A stretch of DNA of 64,000 bases from positions 1 to 64,000 of the forward strand of contig CAUYUJ010000289.1 of assembly GCA_963575745.1 (NCBI GenBank), given 5' to 3'. This document shows positions 48,213-59,885 of the stretch, in pieces. How positions within the stretch are numbered: position 1 is the first letter of the stretch; every line of letters begins with the position of its first letter. The notes beneath the pieces are model-generated. The model searched no databases, was not told the origin of the DNA, and worked only from the letters and a program-made list of their open reading frames with translations. The stretch comes from Prorocentrum cordatum. Taxonomy: Eukaryota. The position numbers and the translations under genes are program-made.

Positions 48213-49629
48213 GACTGCTCCGCGAAACTCTCCCCCCCGCCGCGGGGGCGGCGCGACGAGGGTGGTGAGAGCGGTCCGGCTGAGTGGGATCGCAGGGCTC
48301 GTTTCGATTCCTCCGATTCGATTCGATTCGATTTCGATGGCTTCTGATTCCAATTCGATTCGACTTGAGATTCCGACTTGGGTTCCGATTCCTCAATGGA
48401 GGCCTACGAGCCTGCCGATTTCTACCGATTCGATTTCTCCCGACATGGCTGCCGATTTCCGCCGATCCGATTCATTTCGATCGCCGATCCGACTTGTCGA
48501 TTCGATTCTGGGCTCTCCTGGTTCGAGAGAGGAGCCCATCTTGCGATTGGAGGTTCTGGTATGTTCTTGGGAGTGGAGGCTTCAGAGAAGAGGAAGATGA
48601 GGAGGAGGAGGAGGTGGAGGAGGAGGAGGAGGAGGAGGAGGAGGAGGGGCGGGGGAGGCGTGGAAGAGGCGGATGAGGTTGCGGCGAGGTGTGTTGGGTT
48701 GGGGCGGGCACTGAAGGGAGGTGGTGGAGGGGGATGGGCAGGAAGCCTGGAGGGTAAGGAAGGGGTGGACGGAGGACGCGGCGGAGTGAGGAAGAGGAAT
48801 AGGAGGATGAGAAGGAGGTTCCGAGTAGAGGGCAATGGGGACGAGAGGGGGAGGGAGGGATGTGGATGATAATGGGGGCGAAGAGAAGCAGGAAGTCGGA
48901 TCGGAGGAGCTGGCGGGGGGTGAAGTTTTGGAGGTAGTAGGGGAGGGGATGTAGAGGGTAAATGGGGAAGGGAGAGGATGTAGACGAAAGGAGAGGCCGA
49001 GGTGGACGACGACGGGGAAGGGGGGAAGTGGTGAATGAAGGGCGGGGCGGAGGCGGAGGAGGAGGACGACGACGAAGACTCGGAGGACGAGAGACACGTG
49101 GAGGGCGGGGAACACGAGGTGCACGGGAGGGAGAGTACGATGAGGGTCAGTGGGAGGAAACGGCCGAGTAGGACGCGGAGGAAACAGGAGGAGGAAGGGC
49201 AAGGATGACAGGAGCTAAATAGCAAGTGGTTTGGCAGGGTCGGCCGTGTACTAGTTGCTGTTGCACAGCCAAGGGTGGGGGGATGGTGTCGCATGTATGC
49301 CACCGTTCATCCATCGCCAGTTTCCCATTCCCGTGCCCCTTCCCCCCCCTCCGCCGACCTCCCTCCCTCCCTCGCTCTCCCCCTCTCCTCCTCTCCCCCG
49401 TCCTCCCTCCCTTCCCCCCCTTTTAGAGGAGCAAAAAGTGACATAAGCATAAAAACTCGGAGGTCCGCGCGGATTTCTCGGATCGGCGCCGGACCCCCCT
49501 CCCTGGCGAGCGGAGCGCGCCAGGGGCGGCGCCGGAGGCGCCGCCAGGGGGGCCCCGCGCGGATCCGAGAAATCCGCGCGGACCTCGGAGAATTTCTGTT
49601 TATGCCACTTCTTGTTCCCCTACTTTTGT

Positions 49630-49800
49630 AAGGGCTCCCTCGAGGGCGCGAAGTTATTCGCGCTTCGCGCTTCGCGGTCCTCGTTCCTCCTCCCCCTCCT
49701 CCTCGTCCTCCTATTCTCCCTTTGGGAGGGCGGCGCGAGAGCGCGAAGTTATTCGCGCTTCGCGCTTCGCGCAGCGCGAAGCGCGAAGTTGGGAGCCCTA
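49630..49800. mobile_element. MITE family F, copy 2
   Basis: Same length and nearly identical to 4769-4939. Confidence 0.8.
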
Positions 49801-50267
49801 GAAAAGTGGGGCCCACACCGAATCAAGACAAGATGGATGCTGTTTTTCTGCACCCGTCAACCCACGGACCTTCTGCCAAAGAGTCACGGGGGGTTAGCGC
49901 TGGTCGCCTCTCGTGGGTTGAGCCAAAACACTTCTTGTTCCCCTGCGTTTGCGCACTTTTCGCTCCCCCCATCTCTGCGCCTCCCTCCCCCCGTTCCCTC
50001 GGCGGCTGCTCCGTGCCCCCTCCCTCTCCATCGGCCTTCCCCCGTCCTCCACCCGTCGCCTCTCGCCCCTCTGTGCTCTCTCGCTCCTCCCGCCAGGCCT
50101 CCGTTCCCGCCCCGTCTTCGTCCGCCGCGCTCCTCCTCACGTCCGCTCCCTCCTGGCTGCTCCCCCATCTCCTCCTCACGTCTCGTGCCCCTTCTCTTCC
50201 CCCCTCCTCCTCGGGATGAGGGGAGGAAGAGAGAGGACGAGGGGCAGGAGGAGGGGAATCGGCGGGC

Positions 50268-50298
<31 letters not shown>

Positions 50299-52390
50299 AA
50301 GGGAGCCAGACAGAGAGAGAGAGAGAGAGGGAAAGGGAGGACGAGAAGGTAGCCCTCATCTGGACCACATGCTCGGGGCATTCTCGGAAGTCAGCCGGGG
50401 CCCTCTTTGGGCCAATTGGGCTATGGCGGGATGGCTTGGGGCTTTCTTGGGCCACCTTACCTTTCGGCCTTTTCGACGCTATCGAGGCCCATCTGAAGTG
50501 GCAGCGGCGAGAGCGCAAAAACATGAAACACATGTTTTTGTTTTCACTGATGCTAGCCTCCATTGGTCGTCACTGGAGGGCTGTGGGGCCATTGTGGAGC
50601 TATCTTCGGACCAACGGGGGCTGTCGTGGCGGCCAGCATGGGCAGGCTTGGATGCAACATTGAGCTATCTCGGGCAAAACTGCAGCCAACTTGGACAACT
50701 TCGAGAACACCCACTCCCTGGAAGAGAAATTCGAGGTCCTCTCGGAGCCTGGGTGCTGAGTTGGTTATTACCCACATAGTGCTTGCGCTGAGGGGTCCTT
50801 ATTTCTCTTCTAGGGAACTGGCTTCGACAGGCGGTCTGGCGGCTATGTGGCCGCCGTCGCCGCCCCGTCGCTGCCTCGACGTCGGCCGTCGTCTGGGCCT
50901 GCATGGCGGTTTGGCAGCTATGTGGCCGCCGTCGCCGTCTCGTCCCGTCGCCACCTCGTCGCCGCCACATAGTTTCTCTGTTTTGAAGAGAATTTGAATC
51001 TACCCTCCCTCGAGGGCGGGATTATCTGCTCACCCTGGCGATGTGCAGTTTACATACGGTTCTGCCCCATCATTCGTTCGAAATGTGAATCCATACCACG
51101 CCAGCCAAACCGGAATCGACTGGCCCCGTCATCCCTGTCGTAAAAATATCATGCGCGCGCACTTTTATCACCATCCATTTGCAACAATCCCTCTGTGAAC
51201 AACGAGACGGAGTGCACACGCGCGCGTTGTCCCGCGCGCGTGCCGAATTTGTTCAAACATCTTCGGTGTCGCGAGGATTTCAAAATCATGTGGCCCGAAG
51301 ACATATTTGAACAACAAGAAACAGCAAGGTGGCTTTCCAAAAACGGTTTGCGCGCGCTTGTTGTGAACTCTTGAGGAAACCAGATGTTTCTCCATTCATC
51401 TATTGCGACCAAGTGGGCCTTTCGTACACGAGTGTCGAAAACGTTCGAACGCCCTTGCGCGCGTGCTGGGTGGGAAGGATCTCTGTCAAATAATACCATG
51501 CGGGACGCGTAAATACCATCATTGTCATCGGCGTGATCAGCATCGGCGCCGTCACTGGCCTTGCCGTCGTCGTCGTCATCGTCGCCACCAGCACCGATAC
51601 AATCATCATCGTGTCAGCCGTTATCGACGTCGTCATGATACCGCGCCCGCCCGAGCCAACGATTCGGTCTGAAACGACCGTGCGTCAGCGCGGCCTGCGA
51701 GGCGTTGGGAAGTCCCCAGCGGTCAGCGCCACCGCGGCCGTGTCGGTCGCGCCAGACTAGCTGGCCGCTCTGCGCGCGAGCCTGCGCGCGCTAGCGCAAC
51801 CGCAGCGAGGCTCCAGCCAACGCCAAGCAGACATCGCAATGGCCGCCGCATTGGTTTTGCAAACCAGGCTGCGGGTGGGTAGGAGGGACACTTGCGCGAG
51901 CAGCGGAATTGTCGACTTCAAGTTTGGCAGGGTGAATTGCACCACGTAAGCTGCTCTGCATTTATTGCTCCACATAGGTCCATTTGAGAATTATTCCGAT
52001 GGTAGGACCCTACGTGAGAATCTGTTCAGCTTGCTGTTAGCCCTTTCCTCCCCGCCGTGGCGGACACCCTCCTCTCGCCCTCTGCTCTGCCCTTTCCTCC
52101 TCTTCCTCCGTCTATTCCTCCTCCTCCTTCTCCACCTCATCATCACCCCCCCACCCCTTCTCCCCTCCTCTTCCTTCTTCTCCTCCTCGTCCTCCTCATC
52201 TTCCTCCTCCTCCTCTTCCTCCTCCTCCTCCTCCTCCTCCTGCACCTCCCTTTCCCCCTGGTCGTGGCCAGCAAGTTCATTTTTGTCCCAACCCTCCTTG
52301 GTTGGGTACGTATTCGTTTTGAATAGAGGGGTGTAGTCGCGTCCTCCTCCTCCCGCCTCCCGCCTCCTCCGGTCCTCTCTTCGCCGACGG

Positions 52391-53640
52391 TGGGGGCTGC
52401 GATCTGCGAAACTGTCGCCACTTTCGAGGGCTGCTGGTGGGTCCTGCGGAGTGAGGCACCGCGGCGATCTGAGTGGGACCTCGCCGTGCCTGGGGGGCTG
52501 CGATCTGCGAAACTGTCGCCACTTTCGAGGGCTGCTGGTGGGTCCAGCGGAGTGAGGCACCGCGCAGATCTGAGCGGGACCTCGCCGTGCCTGGGGGGCT
52601 GCGATCTGCGAAACTGGTCGCCACTTTCGAGGGCTGCTGGTGGGTCCAGCTGAGTGAGGCACCGCGCAGATCTGAGCGGGACCTCGCCGTGCCTGGGGGG
52701 CTGCGATCTGCGAAACTTGTCGCCACTTTCGAGGGCTGCTGGTGGGTCCCGCGGAGTGAGGCACCGCGCAGATCTGAGCGGGACCTCGCCGTGCCTGGGG
52801 GGCTGCGATCTGCGAAACTGTCGCCACTTTCGAGGGCTGCTGGCGGGGGTCCCGGAGTGAGGCACCGCGGGGATCTGAGCGGGACCTCGCTGTACCTGGG
52901 GGGGCTGCCATCTGCGAAACTGTCGCCACTTTCGAGGGCTGCTGGTGGGTCCTGCGGAGTGAGCACCGCGCAGATCTGAGCGGGACCTCGCCGTGCCTGG
53001 GGGGCTGCGATCTGCGAAACTTCGCCACTTTCGAGGGCTGCTGGTGGGTCCAGCGGAGTGAGGCACCGCGGGATCTGAGCGGGACCTCGCCGTGCCTGGG
53101 GGGCCGCGATCTGCGAAACTTTCGCCACTTTCGAGGGCTGCTGGCGGGTCCTGCGGAGTGAGGCACCGCGGGGATCTGAGCGGGACCTCGCCGTGCCTGG
53201 GGGGCTGCGATCTGCGACGCTGTCGCCACTTTCGAGGGCTGCTGGCGGGTCCTGCGGAGTGAGGCACCGCGGGGATCTGAGCGGGACCTCGCCGTCCCCG
53301 CAGGTCTGAGCGGGACCTCGCCGTGCCTGGGGGGCTGCGATCTGCGACACCGTCGCCACTTTCGAGGGCTGCTGGTGGGTCCTGCGGAGTGAGGCACCGC
53401 GGGGATTTGAGCGGGACCTCGCCGTACCTGGGGGGCTGCGATCTGCGACGCTGTCGCCACTTTCGAGGGCTGTCGGCGGGTCTTGCGGAGTGAGGCACCG
53501 CGGGGATCTGAGCGGGATCTCGCCGTGCCTGGGGGGCTGCGATCTGCGAAACTTTTGCCACTTTCGAGGGCTGCTTGTGGGTCCTGCGGAGTGAGGCGCC
53601 GCGGGGATCTGAGCGGGACCTCGCCGTGCCTGGGGGGGCT
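52391..53640. repeat. About 101-bp satellite, about 12 copies
   Basis: gctgcgatctgcg at 52396, 52497 and onward. Confidence 0.95.
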
Positions 53641-53999
53641 CTGGATAGCTGCTGTTGGATACGTTAGGCGCAACGAGCGCATGGCACATCCAACGGGGGT
53701 GATTTGTGAAACAAACCATTTGCGGGTCGATGGCCATAACGTTGCGCCTACACGTATCCCGCGGGGGCTCTCAAGAGCTGCTGTGAGATACATTGGGTGC
53801 AACGGGCGCATGGCACAGCCAACGGGGGTGATTTGTTATTACGTAGCTCTTAGATCTTGATCGGGGGCCTGCGAGCCTTCCGATTGCTGCTCGCAAAATC
53901 ACATGCGTCCATGTTGCGTCATCGCCCCCGTTGTAGCAATCCTGATGTGCTTATGCCCCGCATTGCGCAACAGTTGGGTACGTCGCCAGGATAATTGGC

Positions 54000-54910
54000 A
54001 CCGTCGCCGCCTCCCTCGGCCAGCACGCGTGCGTTCGCTTACGGCTAGATCGCGAAGCCTTTGGGGGCAATCCCGCAGGCCATGCCTTTGGGACAACTCC
54101 GCGGGCCGCTGGGGCGCGGGGACAGGCCGTCGGGACAACTCGGCGGGCCGAGCCGTTGGGACAACCCCACGAGCCTCGAGGTGGGCGCGGCCGCGCCCAG
54201 GCGGGGGGCAGCGCGAAACTCAGCCGTGTTGCGAGCTGTTCCACGTGGGTTCTGGAACTTTCCGCTATTTCGTCGAGCTCCCGGAGCGCCTTCCGCAGGG
54301 ACGCCGGCGGCCCGCGATTTGGGAGCTCTCGCGTGGGCGGCCGCATGATCAGCATGTTCCGCATGCGCGTGGCGCGGGAGAACATGACGTAGAGGTGCAG
54401 CCACCACTGTTTTCGTCCGATGTGACATGCCCGTGCGACCAGCGTCCTCGTCCCTGGCGCAGTCGATGGTGACGCCCTTGCTCAGCGTTTGGCCGTGCGA
54501 CCGCGTGGAGGTCAGGTACGACGCGTGCGTCAGGGTAAGCCCCGCGCGGCGTACGACGTGCGGCCCCGAGCTCTGCCAGGTGAGCTCCTGCTTGTTGGGC
54601 CTGAACGTCAGCAAGCTCCTTGCCCGCGCCTCGGCCTTGCTGTCGTCGTCAGCGCAATCGGTGCCCTGCAACAGCACCTTGTCGACCTCCTGGTCGATCG
54701 GGGACTCCTTGAAGCCGTGCGCCTGCAACCAGATTCCCTGCGGTAGGTAGCGGGGGCGAAAGAGCTGGCCTGGTGCGCACTCTTCCCTCGTGTTCCCGTT
54801 CGTCGTCCGGGTGGAACTCGAAGGGAACGATGGTGGCCCGTTGCTGTTGCGCGAGTCCCAACTTCTTCTTCAGCTCCCCCTGCGCGGCCGTGAACCGAAC
54901 TTCCATGCCG
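54000..54910 (-). mobile_element. Helitron-like PIF1 helicase C-terminal fragment plus subterminal region (copy 1)
   Basis: LTHASYLTSTRSHGQTLSKGVTIDC (motif V-like) and LYVMFSRAT (motif VI-like); intronless and frameshifted. Confidence 0.75.
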
Positions 54911-54917
54911 ACCTGTG

Positions 54918-57435
54918 CCGTGGTGTCCCGTGGTGTCCCGTTGAGTGAGGCCCATCGTGGGATCGATAGTGAGATCGGTCGTGAGATCGATGTGGTGTCC
55001 CGAGGTGTCCCGTGGTGCCACGTGGTTTCCTATGGTGTCCCGTTGAATAAGATCGATAGTGGGGTCGATCGTGAGACCGATAGTGAGATTGAGAGGTGTC
55101 CCGCGGTGTCCCGTGGTGTCCCGTGGTGACCCGTGGTGTCCTGTGGTGTCCCGTTGAGTGAGATCGATATTGAAACTGGTATTGAGATCGAGAGGTGTTT
55201 CGTGGTGTCGCGTGGTGTCGCGTGGTGTCCCACGGTGTCCCGTGGTGTCCCATGGTGTCCCGTGGTGTCCCGTTGAGCGAGACCGATAGTGATATCGATC
55301 GTGAAATCGATGTGGTGCCCCGAGGTGTCCCGTGGTGTCCCAAAAAATGATATCGATAGTGGGATCGGAGGTTGGGGGGTGAGATCGCAGTGGAACGGAA
55401 ACCCCCTAACCAGGAAATCTTTTCGTTTCGTTCGTGTCGTGCGTGCGGGCGGGGCGAAGCTGCGTGGGCGCGCGAGAAGAATGAACCCGCCGTTGCTCAG
55501 GCGAAGTCAAGACAACTGATTCTCCCCCGTCCGTCCGTCCAGCGGTGGCTCGCGATGTCCCGAGGTGTCCCGTGGTGTCCCGTGGTGTCCTGTGGTGTCC
55601 GCCGTTGTTTGGGCGAACTCAAGACAAATGATTCCCCCCCGTTCGTCCGTCCGTCCGGCGGTGGCTCGCGGTGTCCCGCGGTGTCCCGTGGTGTCCCGTG
55701 TTGTCCTGTGGTGTCCGCCGTTGCTGGGGCGAAGTCGAGACAAATGATTATCCCCCGTTCGTCCGTCCGTCCGGTGGTGGCTCGTGGTGTCCCGCGGTGT
55801 CCCGTGGTGTCCTGTGGTGTCCCGTGGTGTCCCGTTGAGTGATATCGATAGTGATACCGATAGTGAGATCGATGTGGTGTCCCGAGGTGTCCCGTGGTGT
55901 CCCGTGGCGTGTCGTTGAGTTAGATCGATAGTGAGATCGATAGTGAGATCAATCGTGAGATCGATGTGGTGTCCCGAGGTGTCCCGTGGTGTCCCGTGGT
56001 TTCTTATGGTGTCCCGTTGAGTAAGATCGATAATGATATCGATCGTGAGACCGATAGTGAGATTGAGAGGTGTCCCGCGGTGTCCCGTGCTGTCCCGTGG
56101 TGACCCGTGGTGTCCCGTGGTGTCCCGTTGAGTGAGATCGATATTGAGACAGGTATTGAGGTCGAGAGGTGTTTCGTGGTGTCGCGTGGTGTCCCGTGGT
56201 GTCCCTCGGTGTCCCGTGGTGTCCCGTGGTGTCCCGTTGACTGAAACCGATGGTGATATCGATCGTGATATCGATGTGGTGCCCCGAGGTGTCCCGAGGT
56301 GTCCCGTGGTGTCCCAAAAAGTGAGATCGATAGTGGGATCGGAGGTTGGGGGGTGAGATCGCAGTGGAACGGAGACCCCCAACCAGGAAATCTTTTCGTT
56401 TCGTTCGTGTCGTGCGTGCGGGCGAGGCGAAGCTGCGTGGGCGCGCGAGAAGAATGAACCCGCCGTTGCTCAGGCGAAGTCAAGACAAATGATTCTCCCC
56501 CGTTCGTCCGTCCAGCGGTGGCTCGCGATGTCCCGAGGTGTCCCGTGGTGTCCTGTGGTGTCCGCCGTTGCTAGGGCGAACCCAGGACAAATGATTCCCC
56601 CCCGTTCGTCCGGCGGTGGCTCGCGGTGTCCCGCGGTGTCCCGTGGTGTCCCGTGGTGTCCTGTGGTGTCCGCCGTTGCTAGGGCGAATTCAAGACAAAT
56701 GATTATCTCCAGTCCGTCCGTCCGTCCGGTGGTGGCTCGTGGTGTCCCGCGGTGTCCCGTGGTGTCCGCGGTGTCCCGTGGTGTCCCGTTGAGTGAGATC
56801 GATAGTGATATCGATAGTGATATCCATAGTGAGATCGAGAGTGAGATCGATAAGTGAGATCGATGTGGTGTCCTATGGTGTCCCGTTGAGTCCCCAAAGG
56901 TGAGATCGATATTGAGATCGATAGTGAGATCGACAGGTGTCCCGTGGTGTCCCATGGTGTCCCGTTGAGTAAGATCAATAGTGAGATCGATAGCGAGATC
57001 GATACTGAGATCGATATGGTGCCCCGAGGTGTCCCGTGGTGTCCCGTGGTGTCCCAAAAAGTGAGATCGATATTGAGATCGATAGTTAGATCGACAGGTG
57101 TCCCGTGGTTTCCCGTGGTGTCCCGTTGAGTGAGATCGATCGTGAGATCGATTAGTGAGATCGATAGTGAGATCGATGTGGTGTCCCACGGTGTCCCGTG
57201 GTGTCTTGTGGTGTCTTATGGTGTCTCGTTGAGGGAGATCGATCGTGAGATCGATAGTGAGACCGATAGTGAGATTGAGAGGTGTCCCGCGGTGTCCCGT
57301 GGTGTCCCGTGGTGGCCCGTGGTGTCCTCTGGTGTCCCGTTGAGTGAGATCGATCGTGAGATCGACCAGTGTCCCGTGGTGTCCCGTGGTGTCGCATGGT
57401 GTCCCGTTGAGTGAGATCGATAGTGAGATCGATTG
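54918..57435. repeat. Compound satellite of 10-bp (GGTGTCCCGT) and 12-bp (GAGATCGATAGT) blocks with higher-order duplication
   Basis: Alternating blocks; the 55340-55620 segment recurs at about 56320-56580. Confidence 0.92.
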
Positions 57436-58471
57436 AGTCAGATGTTGGTTCCCCTCCCTCTCCCCCCCACAACCTCCTTATGACCCGAAGGGTGGTCGTA
57501 AAGGTATAAGTAGAGAGGGAGCTCCCGCCCGAAAATTCCTCGCAGTTCACTCACAGATGAAGCTTCCGCCTGAGGCTTCTTCAAGATCCAGGCGTGATGG
57601 GCTCAACAGTGACGACATGTATAGGGTTTGGATGACCCGCTTCGATTACCAACATGAAGTGCGGGCTCCACAGGGAGGGGGCTCCCGCCTGCGACTTCCT
57701 CGCAATTCATTCACAAACTCGCAATTCAGTTTTGAGGGGCCCAAGCGTGACGACATTTACAGGGTTTGGATGACCCGTTCCCATGACCAACATGAAATGC
57801 GCAGGGCTCGTTTCGATTCTTACGACTCTTTCGATTCGACTTCGATGGCTTTCGATTCCGATTCGATTCGACTTGGACTTCCGATTTGGGCTCCGATTTC
57901 TCATGGGAAGCATACCAGCCTGCCGATGTCTGCCGATTTGACTTTTCCCGACTCGACTGCCGATTTCCGCCGATCCGATTCATTTCGATCGCCGATCCGA
58001 CTCATTGATTCGATGGGGTTCCCGCCTGAGATTTCCCCGCAAGTCATTCACAAGCGAGGCTCGCGCCTGAAGCTACTTCAAAATTCAGGCGCGAGGGGCC
58101 CAAAAGTGATGACATTTACAGGGTTTGGATGATCCGCTCCAATTACCAAAATGAAGCGCAGGCTCCATAGGGAAGGGGCTCCCGCCTGAGTCTTCTTCGC
58201 AATGTACTCGCAAACGAGGCTCCCGCCTGATGTTTCCCCAAGGTGAATGTATGAATGTGTGATTGTGTGAGTGTGTGAGTGTGTTTGTGTGTGAGTGTGA
58301 ATGAGTGTGGGAGTGATTTCGATGATAATGGTGATGATGATGAGCAGGTGAGCGAGTGAGTGAGTGAGTGAGTGAGTGAATGAGGGACTGAGTGATGATG
58401 AAGATGCTGATGATGATCATGTGTGAAGGTGTGAGTGTGTGAGTGGCGAAGAGTTGGGCATGATGATGATT

Positions 58472-58549
<78 letters not shown>

Positions 58550-58619
58550 CTGATGATGATGTGGATGAGGATGAAGATGGGGATGTGAGTGGGCTCCTGC
58601 GCGGGGTGTTCAGAGAAAA

Positions 58620-59165
58620 CTGTTCCGACGGCAGGACCCCACACGAGAATATGTTAAGCTTGCCCTTCGCCCTTTCCTCCTCGCCCTGGCGGACACCCTG
58701 CGCCGTCGCCGCCTCAGCCAGCGCGCGCGCGTTCGCCGACGGCTAGATCGCGAAGCCTTTGGGGCCTTCCCGCGGGCCATGCCTTTGGGACAACCCCACT
58801 GGCCGCTGGGCCGCGGGGGCGGGCTGTCGGGACAACCCCGCGGGCCGGGCCGATGGGACAACCCCGCGGGCCTCCAGGTGGGCGCGGCCGCGCTCGGGCG
58901 GGGGGCAGCGCGCAATCCAGCCGTGCTGCGAGCTGCTCCGCGTCGGTTCTGGAGCTCCCCGCTATCTCGTCGAGCTTCCGGAGCGCCTTCCGCAGGGGCG
59001 CCAGCGGCCCGCGTTCCAGGAACTCCCGCGCGGGCGGCCGCAGGATCAGCAGTTCCCGCATGCTCGTGGCGCGGGAGAACGTGACGTAGAGGTGCAGCTA
59101 CCAGTGCTCGTTCGACATGTCCGTGCGACCAGCGTCCTCGTCCTTGGCGCAGTCGATGGTGGCGC
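58620..59165 (-). mobile_element. Helitron-like PIF1 helicase C-terminal fragment plus terminal region (copy 2)
   Basis: TIDCA...LYVTFSRATSMRELLILRPP; colinear with 54000-54470. Confidence 0.75.
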
Positions 59166-59379
59166 CATCTTGGGCCATCTTGGACGCCCTGACCGCTCGC
59201 GGGGCGCCCCGTCCAGGTCCAGGGGAGGGGGTAAGGGGAGGGGTCAAGACGCCCTCCCCGCCCGCAAACCGTCTCGCTCACTCCCACCCGCCCTCCCAAC
59301 ACATACGTAGCACTGGAGCCTGGCCCGGGCCGCAGCATATGCAGCAGTCGTGTTTGGATGGGCAGCTACTGGGGGCGAA

Positions 59380-59758
59380 TCCGCCTCCGCTGCCGCCGCC
59401 GCCGCCCGCCGCCGCCGCTGCCGCGCCGCCGCCGCCGCCGCCGCGCCGCCGCCGCCGCCGCCACCGCCGCCGCCGCCTCCGCCGCCGCCCGCCGCAGCCG
59501 CCGCCGCGCCGCCGCCGACGCCACTGTCCGCCGCCGCCGCCGCCCCCGCTGCCGAATCGCCGCCGCCGCAGCCGCTGGCGCCGCAGCCGCTGCCGCCACC
59601 GCCTCCGCCGCCGCCGCCCCCGCCGCCGCCGCCGCCGCCAAAGCCGCAGCCGCCGCAGCCGCTGCCCCCGCCGCAGCCGCCGCTGCCGCCAAGTGTACTC
59701 TGTATTTTTTTTTGAAAGGGATGGTGGGGGGAGGCCGCATCGGGTTCGCTTCGCATGC

Positions 59759-59798
<40 letters not shown>

Positions 59799-59815
59799 TT
59801 TCTCTCTCTTCTTCC

Positions 59816-59874
<59 letters not shown>

Positions 59875-59885
59875 TAAATAAAATT
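59380..59885. repeat. (GCC)n tract followed by long poly-T and poly-A runs
   Basis: Direct reading. Confidence 0.9.

Noticed and set aside
49918..49928. Partial SL match TTTTGGCTCAA on the minus strand (also weak matches at 43113-43128 and 30538-30557)
   Set aside because: Too short or degenerate, with no recognisable downstream ORF; chance cannot be excluded.
51991..53811. 470-600 aa ORFs
   Set aside because: Translations of the 101-bp satellite.
54044..54047. CTAG as the Helitron 3' terminus
   Set aside because: Homology between the two copies continues beyond it, so it is not the end.
59760..59880. Poly-T/poly-A as a terminator or retro-tail
   Set aside because: No associated element is recognisable, and long homopolymers are prone to sequencing artefact.
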